The notes beneath the pieces were generated by a model. The model saw only the letters and a list, made by a program, of their open reading frames with translations. It had not been told where the DNA came from and made no database searches. A stretch of DNA of 64,000 nt from an uncultured Gammaproteobacteria bacterium. GTDB lineage: Bacteria; Patescibacteriota; Microgenomatia; JALYQM01. Positions 51,749-61,947 of this stretch are shown in pieces. Each line of letters starts with the position of its first letter. Within the stretch, counting starts at the first letter, position 1. The DNA is taken from NCBI GenBank assembly GCA_964535655.1, contig CAZHTP010000006.1, forward strand, positions 1,532-65,531, given 5' to 3'. The position numbers and the translations under genes were made by a program.

Positions 51749-52435
51749 ATGAAATGTTTTTACCATGATAAAATCAAAAATATACAAGACAAAATGACAA
51801 ACCCAACCGAAAAAGAAAAATCTCACATAGAGTTTTTCGGCATTATATTTGGCAAGGGATTCCCAGCCTCAAATAGTCGACTCTACCCTCACGATAGACT
51901 ATTAGCGTTATTAAATGTGAATCCTAAAATGGATCACGAAATTTATAATTATTGCAAAAACCACCTATTTATACCTCGCGACGTTACCAACGGACTAGTT
52001 CAAGGCTTTATAAAAGAACAAGCCGAAATCAAGAAAGCCGTCGAAAAACTTATGTCCAATCAACCTACAAAACAATCACTCAGTAAAATAACCAAAAATA
52101 TAAGTACGATCAAGCAAGTTAAAGGCGCTTTGCCAAAAAGTTCTTTGGTAAACTACAACTTAGCAATAGGAGAAAAAGATGGCGATGACGATTATTTAGC
52201 TGAAATGGTAGAAGATAACGTCGAGACAATCATATCTCACCACAAAGGTACTATTGCATCAATCTGGGAGGATATCGCTAACATGCAAATAACTCAAAAA
52301 ATACCAATCAATTGCCTCGAATGCACAAAATACTTTATTCCAACCGGCAGAGGACGCACGCAGCTTTATTGTAGTCAGAAATGTTCCAACAATGCCAACC
52401 ATCTGAAACGATACGCAGAAAAAAAGATCACTTAA
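51749..52435 (+). CDS. Hypothetical protein with a C-terminal CGNR-like zinc finger
   Basis: CLECTKYF..QLYCSQKC. Confidence 0.7.
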   Translation: MKCFYHDKIKNIQDKMTNPTEKEKSHIEFFGIIFGKGFPASNSRLYPHDRLLALLNVNPKMDHEIYNYCKNHLFIPRDVTNGLVQGFIKEQAEIKKAVEKLMSNQPTKQSLSKITKNISTIKQVKGALPKSSLVNYNLAIGEKDGDDDYLAEMVEDNVETIISHHKGTIASIWEDIANMQITQKIPINCLECTKYFIPTGRGRTQLYCSQKCSNNANHLKRYAEKKIT

Positions 52436-52514
52436 CGTAAAATTTTTTCCTAAGCTCAAAATCTCCCTGTTATTCTCCCTCATCACTTCCAAGTAGGCAT
52501 CCTACAATGCCACT

Positions 52515-52754
52515 ATGACAACACAAGATACATACAAAACAAAAGATATTTTCGAAGCCTCATGGATTCACTCACAAGACAATCCTCTTATTCGACTTGA
52601 ACCAGACGGAAAATATTTCTGGTTTGTATTCCTCAATTGCGAAACCTGTCAAAATCTCTCCTCTGCATATTGGTCTCAAAAAGCAACCGGTAACATTAAG
52701 CAATTTGTGAATAGTCTCAAAACTGTTAAAGATTTAGTCTTTTCACAAAAGTAA
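52515..52754 (+). CDS. Small mobile-element protein (DUF5659-like)
   Basis: YKTKDIFEAS..FVF..Y..LKTVKD pattern; upstream of the helicase. Confidence 0.6.
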   Translation: MTTQDTYKTKDIFEASWIHSQDNPLIRLEPDGKYFWFVFLNCETCQNLSSAYWSQKATGNIKQFVNSLKTVKDLVFSQK

Positions 52755-52799
52755 CAAATGGTTGGATAGAACACAAAAAATACACAAGGAGACAAAAGT

Positions 52800-54461
52800 A
52801 TGAATGAAGATAAAAACACGCCTATCGAGAAAAGTGGTCAATTTGAAAATAGCTCATCCAAAAAAGTATTTGCACAAATGATGGATATCACTACAGAATC
52901 CAACGCTGAACTCTTTTTAGATGAGCAGAGCGAACCCCACATAGCTTTTCCAGAAAAGCCTATCGGAGCATATCGCTTAGAAGGAACTCATTTCAAACAA
53001 TGGATGGCTGCCAAATTTTGGGGAAAACACCAAAATGGATTCGCCAATGAAACATGGTCAGCAATAATAAATACCCTATCAGGCAAGGCTCTCCACGAAA
53101 AAAATATCCTACACCAGTACAACAGGGTCGCTAAAATCAACAATACAATCTATTACGACCTTGGAGATGACCAAAATATAGTAAAGATTACCTCAACCGA
53201 ATGGAATATACAAAAAACATGTCCAGTAAAGTTTAAACGTCATAAGCATCAAAAAATACAAGTTCTACCTATAATTGGTGGGCAAATCCAAGACATACTC
53301 AAATACGTCAACATACAAAACAACAATGACCAGCTTTTATTTCTCACATACTTAGTAATCATACTAATTCCCGATATACCACGAGTACTCTTAGTTATCA
53401 CGGGCAACCAAGGAGCAGCAAAAAGCACTACTCTACGACTAGTACGTTCACTGATCGATCCAAGTGAAGCTGAGTTATTGCATCTCTCCAATGATCCCAA
53501 CACTCTAGCCCAAATAGCTAACCAACATTATTGCCTGTATTTTGATAATCTCTCACAGCTTCGAAGTGACACCTCTGATATCTTTTGTGAACTCATAACT
53601 GGAACATCTTTTACTAAAAGAAAGCTTTATACTGACGATGGCGAAATCATCCACACCCAAAAATCTGCCATAGGGGTCACAGGCATAAATCAAATAGCTG
53701 AAAAACCAGATCTTCTTGATCGATCACTCATACTCTCCCTTGAACGAATACCAACAGAACAACGACTTGAAGAAAGTAAATTCTGGGAAGCATTTAACGA
53801 CGAAAAGCCGTATATCCTCGGAGCGATATTTACCCTATTAAGTAAAAGTCTTCAAACAATCAACTCGTTTGAGCTAAAGCATAAACCACGCATGGCTGAT
53901 TATGCCAAATTTGCAGCAGCCGCATCCCTATCGATGGGACATACTCAAGAAAATTTTATTGAAGCTTTCAAACAAAATATAGCTCGACAAAACGAGGCAG
54001 CTATAGATTCTTCACCATTAGCACAAGTAATTATCCATTTCATGAAGGATAAAAGCTTATGGTCAGGTCATAGCACAGATTTATACAAAGAACTATCTAA
54101 GGTAGCCCAGAGTTTACAAATCGATAACCAAAGCTTTCCGCGAGGTGAGAACTGGTTAAAAAGAAGGATTAACTCCATTAGGATAAATCTAGAAGCTCTC
54201 GGAATCGAAGTTACTTATCATCGAGACAGCACAGCAAACTCGATTACTTTAAAAAAACATATCGATCAAAATACTTCCACTACTCCCATACCACCATTTC
54301 TCACTCCTGACTGCAATAACATCCCTGTTGATATTTCCAATAATACCAACATGCAAAAAGGCGCTTGCAACAATCAGGATGATGGCATGGAAGCAGTGGA
54401 AGTAAAAACACTACCAATTGACGAAGAGGAACTCGCCGAGATCTTATCAGAATTAGAATAG
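52800..54461 (+). CDS. SF3/D5-like replicative helicase of an integrative element
   Basis: GNQGAAKST, FDNLS, RKLYTD, PDLLDRS, PRMADY. Confidence 0.8.
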   Translation: MNEDKNTPIEKSGQFENSSSKKVFAQMMDITTESNAELFLDEQSEPHIAFPEKPIGAYRLEGTHFKQWMAAKFWGKHQNGFANETWSAIINTLSGKALHEKNILHQYNRVAKINNTIYYDLGDDQNIVKITSTEWNIQKTCPVKFKRHKHQKIQVLPIIGGQIQDILKYVNIQNNNDQLLFLTYLVIILIPDIPRVLLVITGNQGAAKSTTLRLVRSLIDPSEAELLHLSNDPNTLAQIANQHYCLYFDNLSQLRSDTSDIFCELITGTSFTKRKLYTDDGEIIHTQKSAIGVTGINQIAEKPDLLDRSLILSLERIPTEQRLEESKFWEAFNDEKPYILGAIFTLLSKSLQTINSFELKHKPRMADYAKFAAAASLSMGHTQENFIEAFKQNIARQNEAAIDSSPLAQVIIHFMKDKSLWSGHSTDLYKELSKVAQSLQIDNQSFPRGENWLKRRINSIRINLEALGIEVTYHRDSTANSITLKKHIDQNTSTTPIPPFLTPDCNNIPVDISNNTNMQKGACNNQDDGMEAVEVKTLPIDEEELAEILSELE

Positions 54462-54502
54462 TATAAAACAGAATTATTGAGTAAATAAAAGTTGAGTCAG
54501 AT

Positions 54503-54670
54503 ATGAGAAAACCAACCATCACATCTACTATAAAACTTCAAGTTATCCTTGAAAAACGGCTCAATCGAAAAGTAACTGAGCAAGAAATTCAAGAGGCCTA
54601 CAACACACTAATGGATTTTGCTTTCGCAATCTACGACTTAACCTCTGAGAGAAAAACAGCCCCAACCTAA
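54503..54670 (+). CDS. 55-aa protein absent from the ORF track
   Basis: MRKPT..LQVILEKRLNRKVTEQEIQEAYNTLMDFAF; fills the gap in the operon. Confidence 0.6.
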   Translation: MRKPTITSTIKLQVILEKRLNRKVTEQEIQEAYNTLMDFAFAIYDLTSERKTAPT

Positions 54671-54735
54671 TAAACAAAATCCAGTTCTTGCGGCTCGATG
54701 ATGTAATGTTATTTAATGATGACAAAGGTTTAAGT

Positions 54736-54906
54736 ATGAAAAAAGGTTTAATAACTATTAAAGAAGCCGCAGAACTCTTCGGAGTTCATCCATCTACGCT
54801 CAGACGATGGGACAAAATTGGTAAATTAAAAGCAACCAGACATCCCATGAGCAATTATCGTTTATACAGAATAATTGATGTAGAAAAAATAACGGAGAAA
54901 ATATGA
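54736..54906 (+). CDS. MerR-like HTH, probable excisionase/RDF
   Basis: ITIKEAAELFGVHPSTLRRWD..YRLY; overlaps the recombinase start. Confidence 0.82.
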   Translation: MKKGLITIKEAAELFGVHPSTLRRWDKIGKLKATRHPMSNYRLYRIIDVEKITEKI

Positions 54907-56443
54907 ATACCCCTTTACGAGAATATTATCTGACATACGAACGAGTCAGTACCGACGACCAAGTAAAAACACAATCGTGTAACGATCAGAAATTAGTGAA
55001 TGACCGGTATATAAATTCAAATGGCTGGAAACTTGCAGACAACGCTGATTACCGAGACGAAGGTATACCCGGGAGCACCTTGGAGAGACCAAGCTTACAG
55101 GACTTAATCATTAGATGTAGCGAAGACAAAACTATAGTTGCGGTAGTAATAACAGAGTCCGACCGTTTAGCCCGAGGCAACATAAGTTATATATTTATAC
55201 GCGAAGCACTTAAAAATGTGGCGTAAAAGTCATCGCAGTAACTCAACCAATGATCGACGATAGCGATGAAGGTGAAATGCTTGGTGAAATAATTGGCGCA
55301 GTCAATGGATTCCTCTCAAAAATGACACGCCGTAAATCGATGCGCGCACTAGATGAGAAAGCCGCTCGCGGTTGGTACCCATCTCTTGCCCCTGTTGGAT
55401 ATATAAATGTTAATATCGGCACAGAAGATACTCCTGAACGAATTATCAAAATTAACGAAGAACAAGCTCCCTATCTACGCCAAATACCTCACTTATATAA
55501 CCAAGGTTATGGATACGCAGAAATAGCAATTCAACTACATAATCAAGGTCTACGAAGCCTCAGAGGGAATAAAGTCTCACATAACGAAATTCGTAAAATA
55601 TTATTCAGCGATTTCTATCTTGGAGAATTTGAATGGCGTGGTAAACGTTACAAGGGTAATCATACCCCTCTCTTTGAGTTCTTCGAAGTCCAAAAAGCGC
55701 GCCAACGCTCAAAAGAAAAAGGCCATCTCCACCCAACAGAAAAATTCCGTGACAAGTTCATTTTTAAACGCCTCAACTTTCACTGTGGCGAGTGCCTTGA
55801 GTGCAAGGTTACGGCGGAACTCAAAATAAAACACTATAAAAAACGCACCGCCGAATACATACTCTACCACTGTTCCAAGTCCAGAGGCGGGTGGAAAACC
55901 TGTAGGCAAGGAATTATTAATCAAGACGATCTCATTATCCAGTTCGCAGAAAAAGTAGTAAAACCAATTGCAGTTGATGAAGAGCTAGCCGAATTTATGC
56001 TCGAAGAAATGGATCATGAATTCTCCAACAAAAAAGAAGAGCAAGAAAAACTTTCAATAGCAATTAACCGACGTTTAGGGCAATTAGACACCGAACTGAA
56101 AAATCTATTTGAAATGCGTATGCGCGGCCAAATATATAGCATGGGCGACAAGTCAGCTGACGAAGTATACGAAGGTTACCGTATGGAAAAAGAAAATGAA
56201 CGCAAACGACTAGTTATAAGCAAAGAAAAGCTACTCCAAAGCAATGGGGACTGGAAAAAGAAGGCTTCGAACTTCTTTTTAATGCTCAATGACGCCGTAA
56301 ATAGATTTTTAAATGCTGCACAGGAAAAACAATTCAATTTTCTAAACAAAGTAACTTCGAACTTGTTACTACTGGATAAAAACATCATTGTAACGCACAA
56401 ATTTCCATTTTCAGAGTTACAAAAATGCCCTCTTATCTATTAA
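54903..56443 (+). pseudogene. Large serine recombinase, frameshifted at an A5 run near 55214
   Basis: YERVSTDDQ, DRLAR, G..P..AP.GY, CGEC..Y..YHC zinc ribbon, coiled coil. Confidence 0.9.
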
Positions 56444-56606
56444 TTAGCGATTGACTCCCGAGCCCAAGCGATAATATAAAATTCAACTCAAAGCTAGAAC
56501 GAGCTACAAACAATATCCTTAATGTCTTCAAAGATACCACATATGCTATACAACTGAAAATGAGATGGGAGTCAATAAAAAACATACACAGCAAAGCTAC
56601 ACAAAA

Positions 56607-57506
56607 CTACTGAAGCACTTGTTGCTCATCGTCAATATAGAAGTTGAGAGGTTTCGCCTGCATATTCTCACAATAGTATATAACCTGACCTGTAATACGC
56701 TCCCCATGTTTAACCCTATACACTAAAGAACCAACTCTAATTGCAATATTATTAGGATGAATTACACCGATGTTTCCCTCACATGACACGGTAGGAATCC
56801 GATTCAAATGTGTGACATTAGATAACTCAGTTACACTTAGTATTTCCATATTAAGGGAAAATTTACACAGAAAACCATAATATTTTGCTACAGCTCTACC
56901 TTGGTTCGTAAATGTAAACACAAGCTCCCTTTGAGAATCATCACCTTTGATTGGGTTTAAACTCAATGACAAGTTTAGTAACGGCCTCTGCCTGCGTCCA
57001 AACATATCTTCAAGGTCAAAATGTTCTAATTTATAGAACCCTTCGGTACTACGCTTGTAATACTCTCTATCAGCCAACACTGCTCTATGCGGTGTTTTAT
57101 CACTACGAGGAATTAAACATTTAACGTAACCTGCACTGGATTTCTTTGAAACATAAATAGGTTCAATTCGGACATCATCTACAAAAGGCTGCACTGCATT
57201 TATGAGAATCTTTTTTAAGCTCTTAATAAATTCATCCAAGTCTTCAATGGGTTTTAAACTCTTTGCCGTCTCATTTTTTCCCCGCTCTAATCCCCAAACT
57301 AAAACACCCCCGTCAGAATTAGCAAAACCAGATAATGACTTAGAGAAATTCTTCTTATCATCGTCACTCAATTTTCCGTCTCGCCTGTCAGACTTTTCTT
57401 TAAACTCCAAATACAAGTCTTCTCGGACTTTATCTTTTACTAACCTCCGTAAATCTAATTGTGAAGACAGCGATTGGTAGAATCGAAATATGTCATCAAC
57501 TTGCAT
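56607..57506 (-). CDS. Schlafen/AlbA_2 domain protein with a beta-rich C-terminus
   Basis: REDLYLEFKE, SGFANSDGGVLVWG, PH..YYKR. Confidence 0.88.
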   Translation of the reverse strand: MQVDDIFRFYQSLSSQLDLRRLVKDKVREDLYLEFKEKSDRRDGKLSDDDKKNFSKSLSGFANSDGGVLVWGLERGKNETAKSLKPIEDLDEFIKSLKKILINAVQPFVDDVRIEPIYVSKKSSAGYVKCLIPRSDKTPHRAVLADREYYKRSTEGFYKLEHFDLEDMFGRRQRPLLNLSLSLNPIKGDDSQRELVFTFTNQGRAVAKYYGFLCKFSLNMEILSVTELSNVTHLNRIPTVSCEGNIGVIHPNNIAIRVGSLVYRVKHGERITGQVIYYCENMQAKPLNFYIDDEQQVLQ

Positions 57507-58158
57507 AGTTATTTAATTCAAACACCTCACCATAAAATTCAATTTTGTCATCATGAACCACAATTCCACTACCATCAGGGCAACCATAAATCGTATTAGT
57601 AGCTCCACGAACAAACTCCTCTACATATCGTCCTTTTGTGTCCGTCACGAAATGTGGTACAAACTCAAAGTTAACTAAACCTAGTCCTGTAAAATCTGAC
57701 AGGCCTAGTTCATTAAGTGCATCAAAGTCACCTTTATGCTGATGATAGATAGCAGTAGTACGTATTGTCGGAGTCATAATCATAGAACCTGCACTCACAC
57801 CAATTAATGTCGTGTTGTCTCTACGGGCATAATCTTTCAATTTATCCATCAATCCACGGACTTTAAGGTTATAAAGAAAACGAAAAGTGTTACCACCAGA
57901 TAGATATATAACATCAGACAAAAACAGGTTGTGTATTGCATTAGGGTCAAAGTCTTCATCAACGTCGAAGTAGGTATAGTTGTGGAAACCGTACTTAGAA
58001 TAATAATCCTTAAAGCGTGTGTAATACTTACCTTCCTTATCAGATTTTGCAGGAATAAAGGCAATGGAAGCATCTATACTACCCACCATTTGAACAAATG
58101 CTACGTCCAACTTTTCACTAACTGAATTATCACCACCGCTATACAGGACCAAATTCAT
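57496..58158 (-). CDS. Peptidase S51 (dipeptidase E-like)
   Basis: IYLSGGNTF, GVSAGS, FVPH. Confidence 0.88.
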   Translation of the reverse strand: MNLVLYSGGDNSVSEKLDVAFVQMVGSIDASIAFIPAKSDKEGKYYTRFKDYYSKYGFHNYTYFDVDEDFDPNAIHNLFLSDVIYLSGGNTFRFLYNLKVRGLMDKLKDYARRDNTTLIGVSAGSMIMTPTIRTTAIYHQHKGDFDALNELGLSDFTGLGLVNFEFVPHFVTDTKGRYVEEFVRGATNTIYGCPDGSGIVVHDDKIEFYGEVFELNNYAS

Positions 58159-58165
58159 ATATTTT

Positions 58166-58774
58166 CTACTCCATCAAATGGGCAGTATCATTAACTACAA
58201 CTTCGGAATATACACCGCTTTCATATTCAAATATTGTCACAGAAGCATTTTCAAAGTCATACTTCAAACTCACTTCTTTAGGTGTATCTTTTAAGATAGG
58301 CATTAAACCTCTCAATGCTCCTCCATGAGTAACAATTGCAATTGCATAAACTTGCTTAGCCTCTCCACCTGCGACTATGTTATCAACACACTGTTTCAGT
58401 CGTGTTTCCATTTGTTGCCATGATTCGCCAGAAGGTGGAATAAAAGTATACCTTTGTTGGATATTCATTGTGTCCAATTCGTTTTTTATTTCTGTCCAAG
58501 TTCTACCTCCCCATTCACCCCAATTACGTTCATGCAATGCATTTGTAGGATTATTTTTAATACCTAATCCTACTGCGATAATTTCAGCTGTTTGTTTAGC
58601 TCTGTTTTCATTGGAAGAATAGAGCATTTGAACACCGTGGTCTTTACAAACTCGTATAAGCTTCTGTGCTTGAAGCAGTCCCAACTCACTTAAACCAGCG
58701 TCATCATTTAAAGTATGCATCGAACCAGATGCATTAACTTCAGTTTGTCCGTGGCGGATAAGTAATAACTTCAT
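58166..58774 (-). CDS. Histidine phosphatase family protein
   Basis: RHGQT, RAKQTA, THGG. Confidence 0.92.
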   Translation of the reverse strand: MKLLLIRHGQTEVNASGSMHTLNDDAGLSELGLLQAQKLIRVCKDHGVQMLYSSNENRAKQTAEIIAVGLGIKNNPTNALHERNWGEWGGRTWTEIKNELDTMNIQQRYTFIPPSGESWQQMETRLKQCVDNIVAGGEAKQVYAIAIVTHGGALRGLMPILKDTPKEVSLKYDFENASVTIFEYESGVYSEVVVNDTAHLME

Positions 58775-58789
58775 GTTTAAACTACCAAA

Positions 58790-59311
58790 CTACGTTAAAT
58801 TAATAATACATCTCGTTTCGTGTAAGTCGAAATCATCTCGCTTATCAACTTTAGTTTTACCTTCCACAGTCCATCCTTTCTTCTCATAAAATCGACGAGT
58901 TTTTTCATTCGTATCGAGTACCCACAACGTAGCTTTCTCATATCCATCTTTCCTAAGCACATTCAATGCGTATTCCATTAATGACGAACCTAAACCTTTT
59001 CCAATAAAATCAGGATGAATATATATACCGTACAACTCACCAATTTCCGGTGTAACGTCCTCATCTCGTGTTTTACCCACAGTACACCAACCAACAATCT
59101 GTCCATCTACTTCCACAACAAACGAATGTCGACCTTCGGGTGGCTCTTGTAATTGTTTCCTCCAACTTTCAGTTCGCTTCTCAACAGATAGTCCATCAAG
59201 CAATGTATCGGGCATCTGACCACGGTATGCACATTGCCAAGTCTTAACATGAACAATGGCAATACCCTCTGCATCGTTAGGAGTAGCGTCACGGATAGTA
59301 AAATCACTCAT
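58790..59311 (-). CDS. GNAT acetyltransferase
   Basis: GKGLGSSL, LWVL..N..FYEK.G. Confidence 0.92.
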   Translation of the reverse strand: MSDFTIRDATPNDAEGIAIVHVKTWQCAYRGQMPDTLLDGLSVEKRTESWRKQLQEPPEGRHSFVVEVDGQIVGWCTVGKTRDEDVTPEIGELYGIYIHPDFIGKGLGSSLMEYALNVLRKDGYEKATLWVLDTNEKTRRFYEKKGWTVEGKTKVDKRDDFDLHETRCIINLT

Positions 59312-59312
59312 G

Positions 59313-59651
59313 TTATTTTCCTTTGGCATTAATTGATTTTTCATTTATACGGTTATTGAGTTCGTCTACGGTGGAAACAAACTCACTCTCTAAATCAATG
59401 TTCAATTCCTTTGCAAGAACCATAACCGACCATAGACAATCTGCTAACTCATGTGCAAGCTTTTTATCTACATCCGGTATATTGCGATAATTATTTTTAG
59501 CCATTATCAGTTTAACCAAGTCGCCCACATCACCAACAAATCCCTGCATGTACTCCGCACTTGTCCACTTCTTATTACCCTCAATTGCATTCAGCTCATC
59601 ATATGCATTCTTCACTGAAATTGCTTTATCCGATAAGTCTTTATAATCCAT
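59313..59651 (-). CDS. MazG-like NTP pyrophosphohydrolase
   Basis: GDVGDL..HELADCLWS. Confidence 0.85.
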   Translation of the reverse strand: MDYKDLSDKAISVKNAYDELNAIEGNKKWTSAEYMQGFVGDVGDLVKLIMAKNNYRNIPDVDKKLAHELADCLWSVMVLAKELNIDLESEFVSTVDELNNRINEKSINAKGK

Positions 59652-59653
59652 AA

Positions 59654-60370
59654 TTACTCCTCAATTTTAGTATCGTTAATAACGTCATAGACAACATGAA
59701 TGTACGAGTTTTCTAAGACATCACATTTCACAAGGTTTAAAGCTTTCATCTTAAGCAAGTCGCTTTGAGTATGTAGTGACTGTCCATCAACTAACGTAGA
59801 GGTGTTTTTACCCCCTACAAGCACTGGTGCAAAAACAATAGAAACGCGGTCAATTAATCCTTGCCGCACCCACTCGGCATTAAGCGTACCGCCGGATTGA
59901 ATCGTAATTCTATCTACTCCATGTTCCGTTTTCAGCCGTACCAACAAATTACTCAAATCTACTTCATCTTGATACAACAAGGCTTCGATGTTTGGATACG
60001 AATCTTTTAACTGAAATGCTGGATGGTTCTGATTTGTTGTCACCAAGTATAAAGTCTTAACCCATTGTGTCAAATATGCTACACCTTTTTCATTTAAGTG
60101 AGGCTTGTTATCAATAATAATAAAACTACAGTCCATTTTCTTAGGGGGTGTAGTACGTTCATTGACCCCAATCTTTTGCATAACACGACCAGTATTTAAA
60201 GAGAAAGGGTCTGTCTGTTTTTCCAAATCATAGTATTGCTTTAAGCCTTCCTTAACGCCCACAATTCGCTTAAGGTCTTTGTCCACATCCAATTCATCAA
60301 CATCACCCGTAGAAATCTTTCCGTCCAACGACTCAATCATGAATAACGTAGTTTCAGGTCTATTTTTCAT
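59654..60370 (-). CDS. RibD C-terminal/DHFR-like reductase
   Basis: SLDGKI, QSGGTLN, GLIDRV..APVLVGG. Confidence 0.85.
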   Translation of the reverse strand: MKNRPETTLFMIESLDGKISTGDVDELDVDKDLKRIVGVKEGLKQYYDLEKQTDPFSLNTGRVMQKIGVNERTTPPKKMDCSFIIIDNKPHLNEKGVAYLTQWVKTLYLVTTNQNHPAFQLKDSYPNIEALLYQDEVDLSNLLVRLKTEHGVDRITIQSGGTLNAEWVRQGLIDRVSIVFAPVLVGGKNTSTLVDGQSLHTQSDLLKMKALNLVKCDVLENSYIHVVYDVINDTKIEE

Positions 60371-60969
60371 TATATTTGCTCCTTATTGGCATAGAAATCT
60401 ATTCTACTTTGAAACACTTTTTCAAACATCTCTTTAGCATAATCAGTAATAAGTAAGGGTTGCCGACGTTTCCGAAAACCATTCATAATCCGTTCGTTTG
60501 AATCCTTATCAAATGTTGGCGTAATAAACGAAACATCTAAACCACCGAGAGTGTCCGCTTCCATTAATATAAGTTCGTCAGTATCTTTTAACTCTTCTAA
60601 ACGGTCATGCATTGCAACTAAGTGTGCTATGCGAGCTTTTCGCTCATCAGATAAATAATCAAAAATTGAATCCTGTAAAAGTTTAGTAACATATTCAGCA
60701 GACAACTTAGCATGTAGCGGTTTTTCCTCTTTAACTCTATCCAAATTAATCGGTCGTCCATCTTGGAACAAACCAGCATAACCCCAATCATGAGCATATG
60801 CAGATATAATTAAAACATCTTCATCTAAATTAAGTTGAGAGTTACGCTTAAGGATTTCTTTGATATGGTGGACTACTCCTTGTGTATGAGGCTTATCAAA
60901 ATTAGGTCGACCACGTTCAAGTTCAGGGAATATATGTTCTTGTAAGAAATTTTCTGTAGCATTATTCAT
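60370..60969 (-). CDS. HD-domain phosphohydrolase
   Basis: H..AYAHDWG..H..H..EAD. Confidence 0.85.
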   Translation of the reverse strand: MNNATENFLQEHIFPELERGRPNFDKPHTQGVVHHIKEILKRNSQLNLDEDVLIISAYAHDWGYAGLFQDGRPINLDRVKEEKPLHAKLSAEYVTKLLQDSIFDYLSDERKARIAHLVAMHDRLEELKDTDELILMEADTLGGLDVSFITPTFDKDSNERIMNGFRKRRQPLLITDYAKEMFEKVFQSRIDFYANKEQI

Positions 60970-60984
60970 AGGTTTGTTTTAGGT

Positions 60985-61470
60985 TTAGTTGATGGGACTC
61001 CAATTCCTAATATTCTTCATAAGTTCTCTGCATTCATCTCTCAAAACCCCACCTTCAACAGGTATACTTCGACCATCAAAGGTGACTAATCGTTTTCCAT
61101 GCTCCTCAGCATGATAATCCTTCAATTCATAAGGGTTTGGTTGTACATCTTCCTTATACGCTCCAAAAACAATACGAGATACTCCAGACCAACCAGCACA
61201 GCCCAAGCACATCGAACATGATTCTAATGTAGAATACAAAGTGCAACCCGATAAGTCTAAACTACCTAGCTTTTGACAGGCACTTCGTAAACATTCCGTT
61301 TCACCATGAGCAGACGGGTCTTTTTTAGGCCACACTAAACTCCATCCAGTAGAAATAACATTGTCATCCTTTACAAGAACTGCTCCAATCGGCGCGCCAC
61401 CAGCAGCTTGAGATTTTTTAGCTTCCTCAATCGCTAGTCCAATATATTTTTCATCAATGCTAGATTGCAT
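60985..61470 (-). CDS. Nucleoside/nucleobase deaminase (TadA/guanine deaminase-like)
   Basis: PIGAVLV, SAHGE, LESCSMC. Confidence 0.88.
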   Translation of the reverse strand: MQSSIDEKYIGLAIEEAKKSQAAGGAPIGAVLVKDDNVISTGWSLVWPKKDPSAHGETECLRSACQKLGSLDLSGCTLYSTLESCSMCLGCAGWSGVSRIVFGAYKEDVQPNPYELKDYHAEEHGKRLVTFDGRSIPVEGGVLRDECRELMKNIRNWSPIN

Positions 61471-61936
61471 AAAAACTCTCCTTTGGTGCAATATCTTCAG
61501 GCAAAACCGCTCTACCACCATACAAATACTCTTCCAAACTCTTTGCGGTACGCCTTTTCTCTTCCTCTCTACCCAACATCAACAAACCGTCTCCTGCTGA
61601 CACACCAATACCCGTTTCCAACTTCATATTCCTAAAAATATTTACATCAACAAGTGGACCTGAACCCCACGAATCTAATTTGTCGAAAATCCACACGTCA
61701 GACATAACATCAATAGATTGCGCGTCCTTATCGTCAGAAGCTTCATCCCACAAAATCACAATATGATAAGCACCAACATAAAGAATTGCTTTATTTTCAG
61801 AGTACAATTTCGACAAGTGAGTATTTATACTATTAGGTTCATTTCTTGAAATTACTTTTTCAACACCAATACAGGGATAGACAATTATCGGCGTATCATT
61901 AATTTGAGTAGTAAAAGGTTTATAAAATCCAGCCAT
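61460..61936 (-). CDS. Hypothetical protein
   Basis: GAGGAG RBS; overlaps the deaminase start. Confidence 0.7.
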   Translation of the reverse strand: MAGFYKPFTTQINDTPIIVYPCIGVEKVISRNEPNSINTHLSKLYSENKAILYVGAYHIVILWDEASDDKDAQSIDVMSDVWIFDKLDSWGSGPLVDVNIFRNMKLETGIGVSAGDGLLMLGREEEKRRTAKSLEEYLYGGRAVLPEDIAPKESFYAI

Positions 61937-61947
61937 TAATATTCTCC

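Larger units (their letters stand above)
47074..56610. mobile_element. Integrative satellite/IME-like element (boundaries approximate)
   Basis: XRE, helicase, excisionase and serine recombinase with AT-rich cargo; no capsid or conjugation genes seen. Confidence 0.7.

Noticed and set aside
56452-56454. TGA recoding (genetic code 25)
   Set aside because: Clear genes such as ilvB end in TGA, and long ORFs are intact under the standard code
56444-56470. tRNA or tRNA-derived att site after the recombinase
   Set aside because: Only a few bases resemble a reversed tRNA end; no T-arm or cloverleaf (same for 45961-45972)
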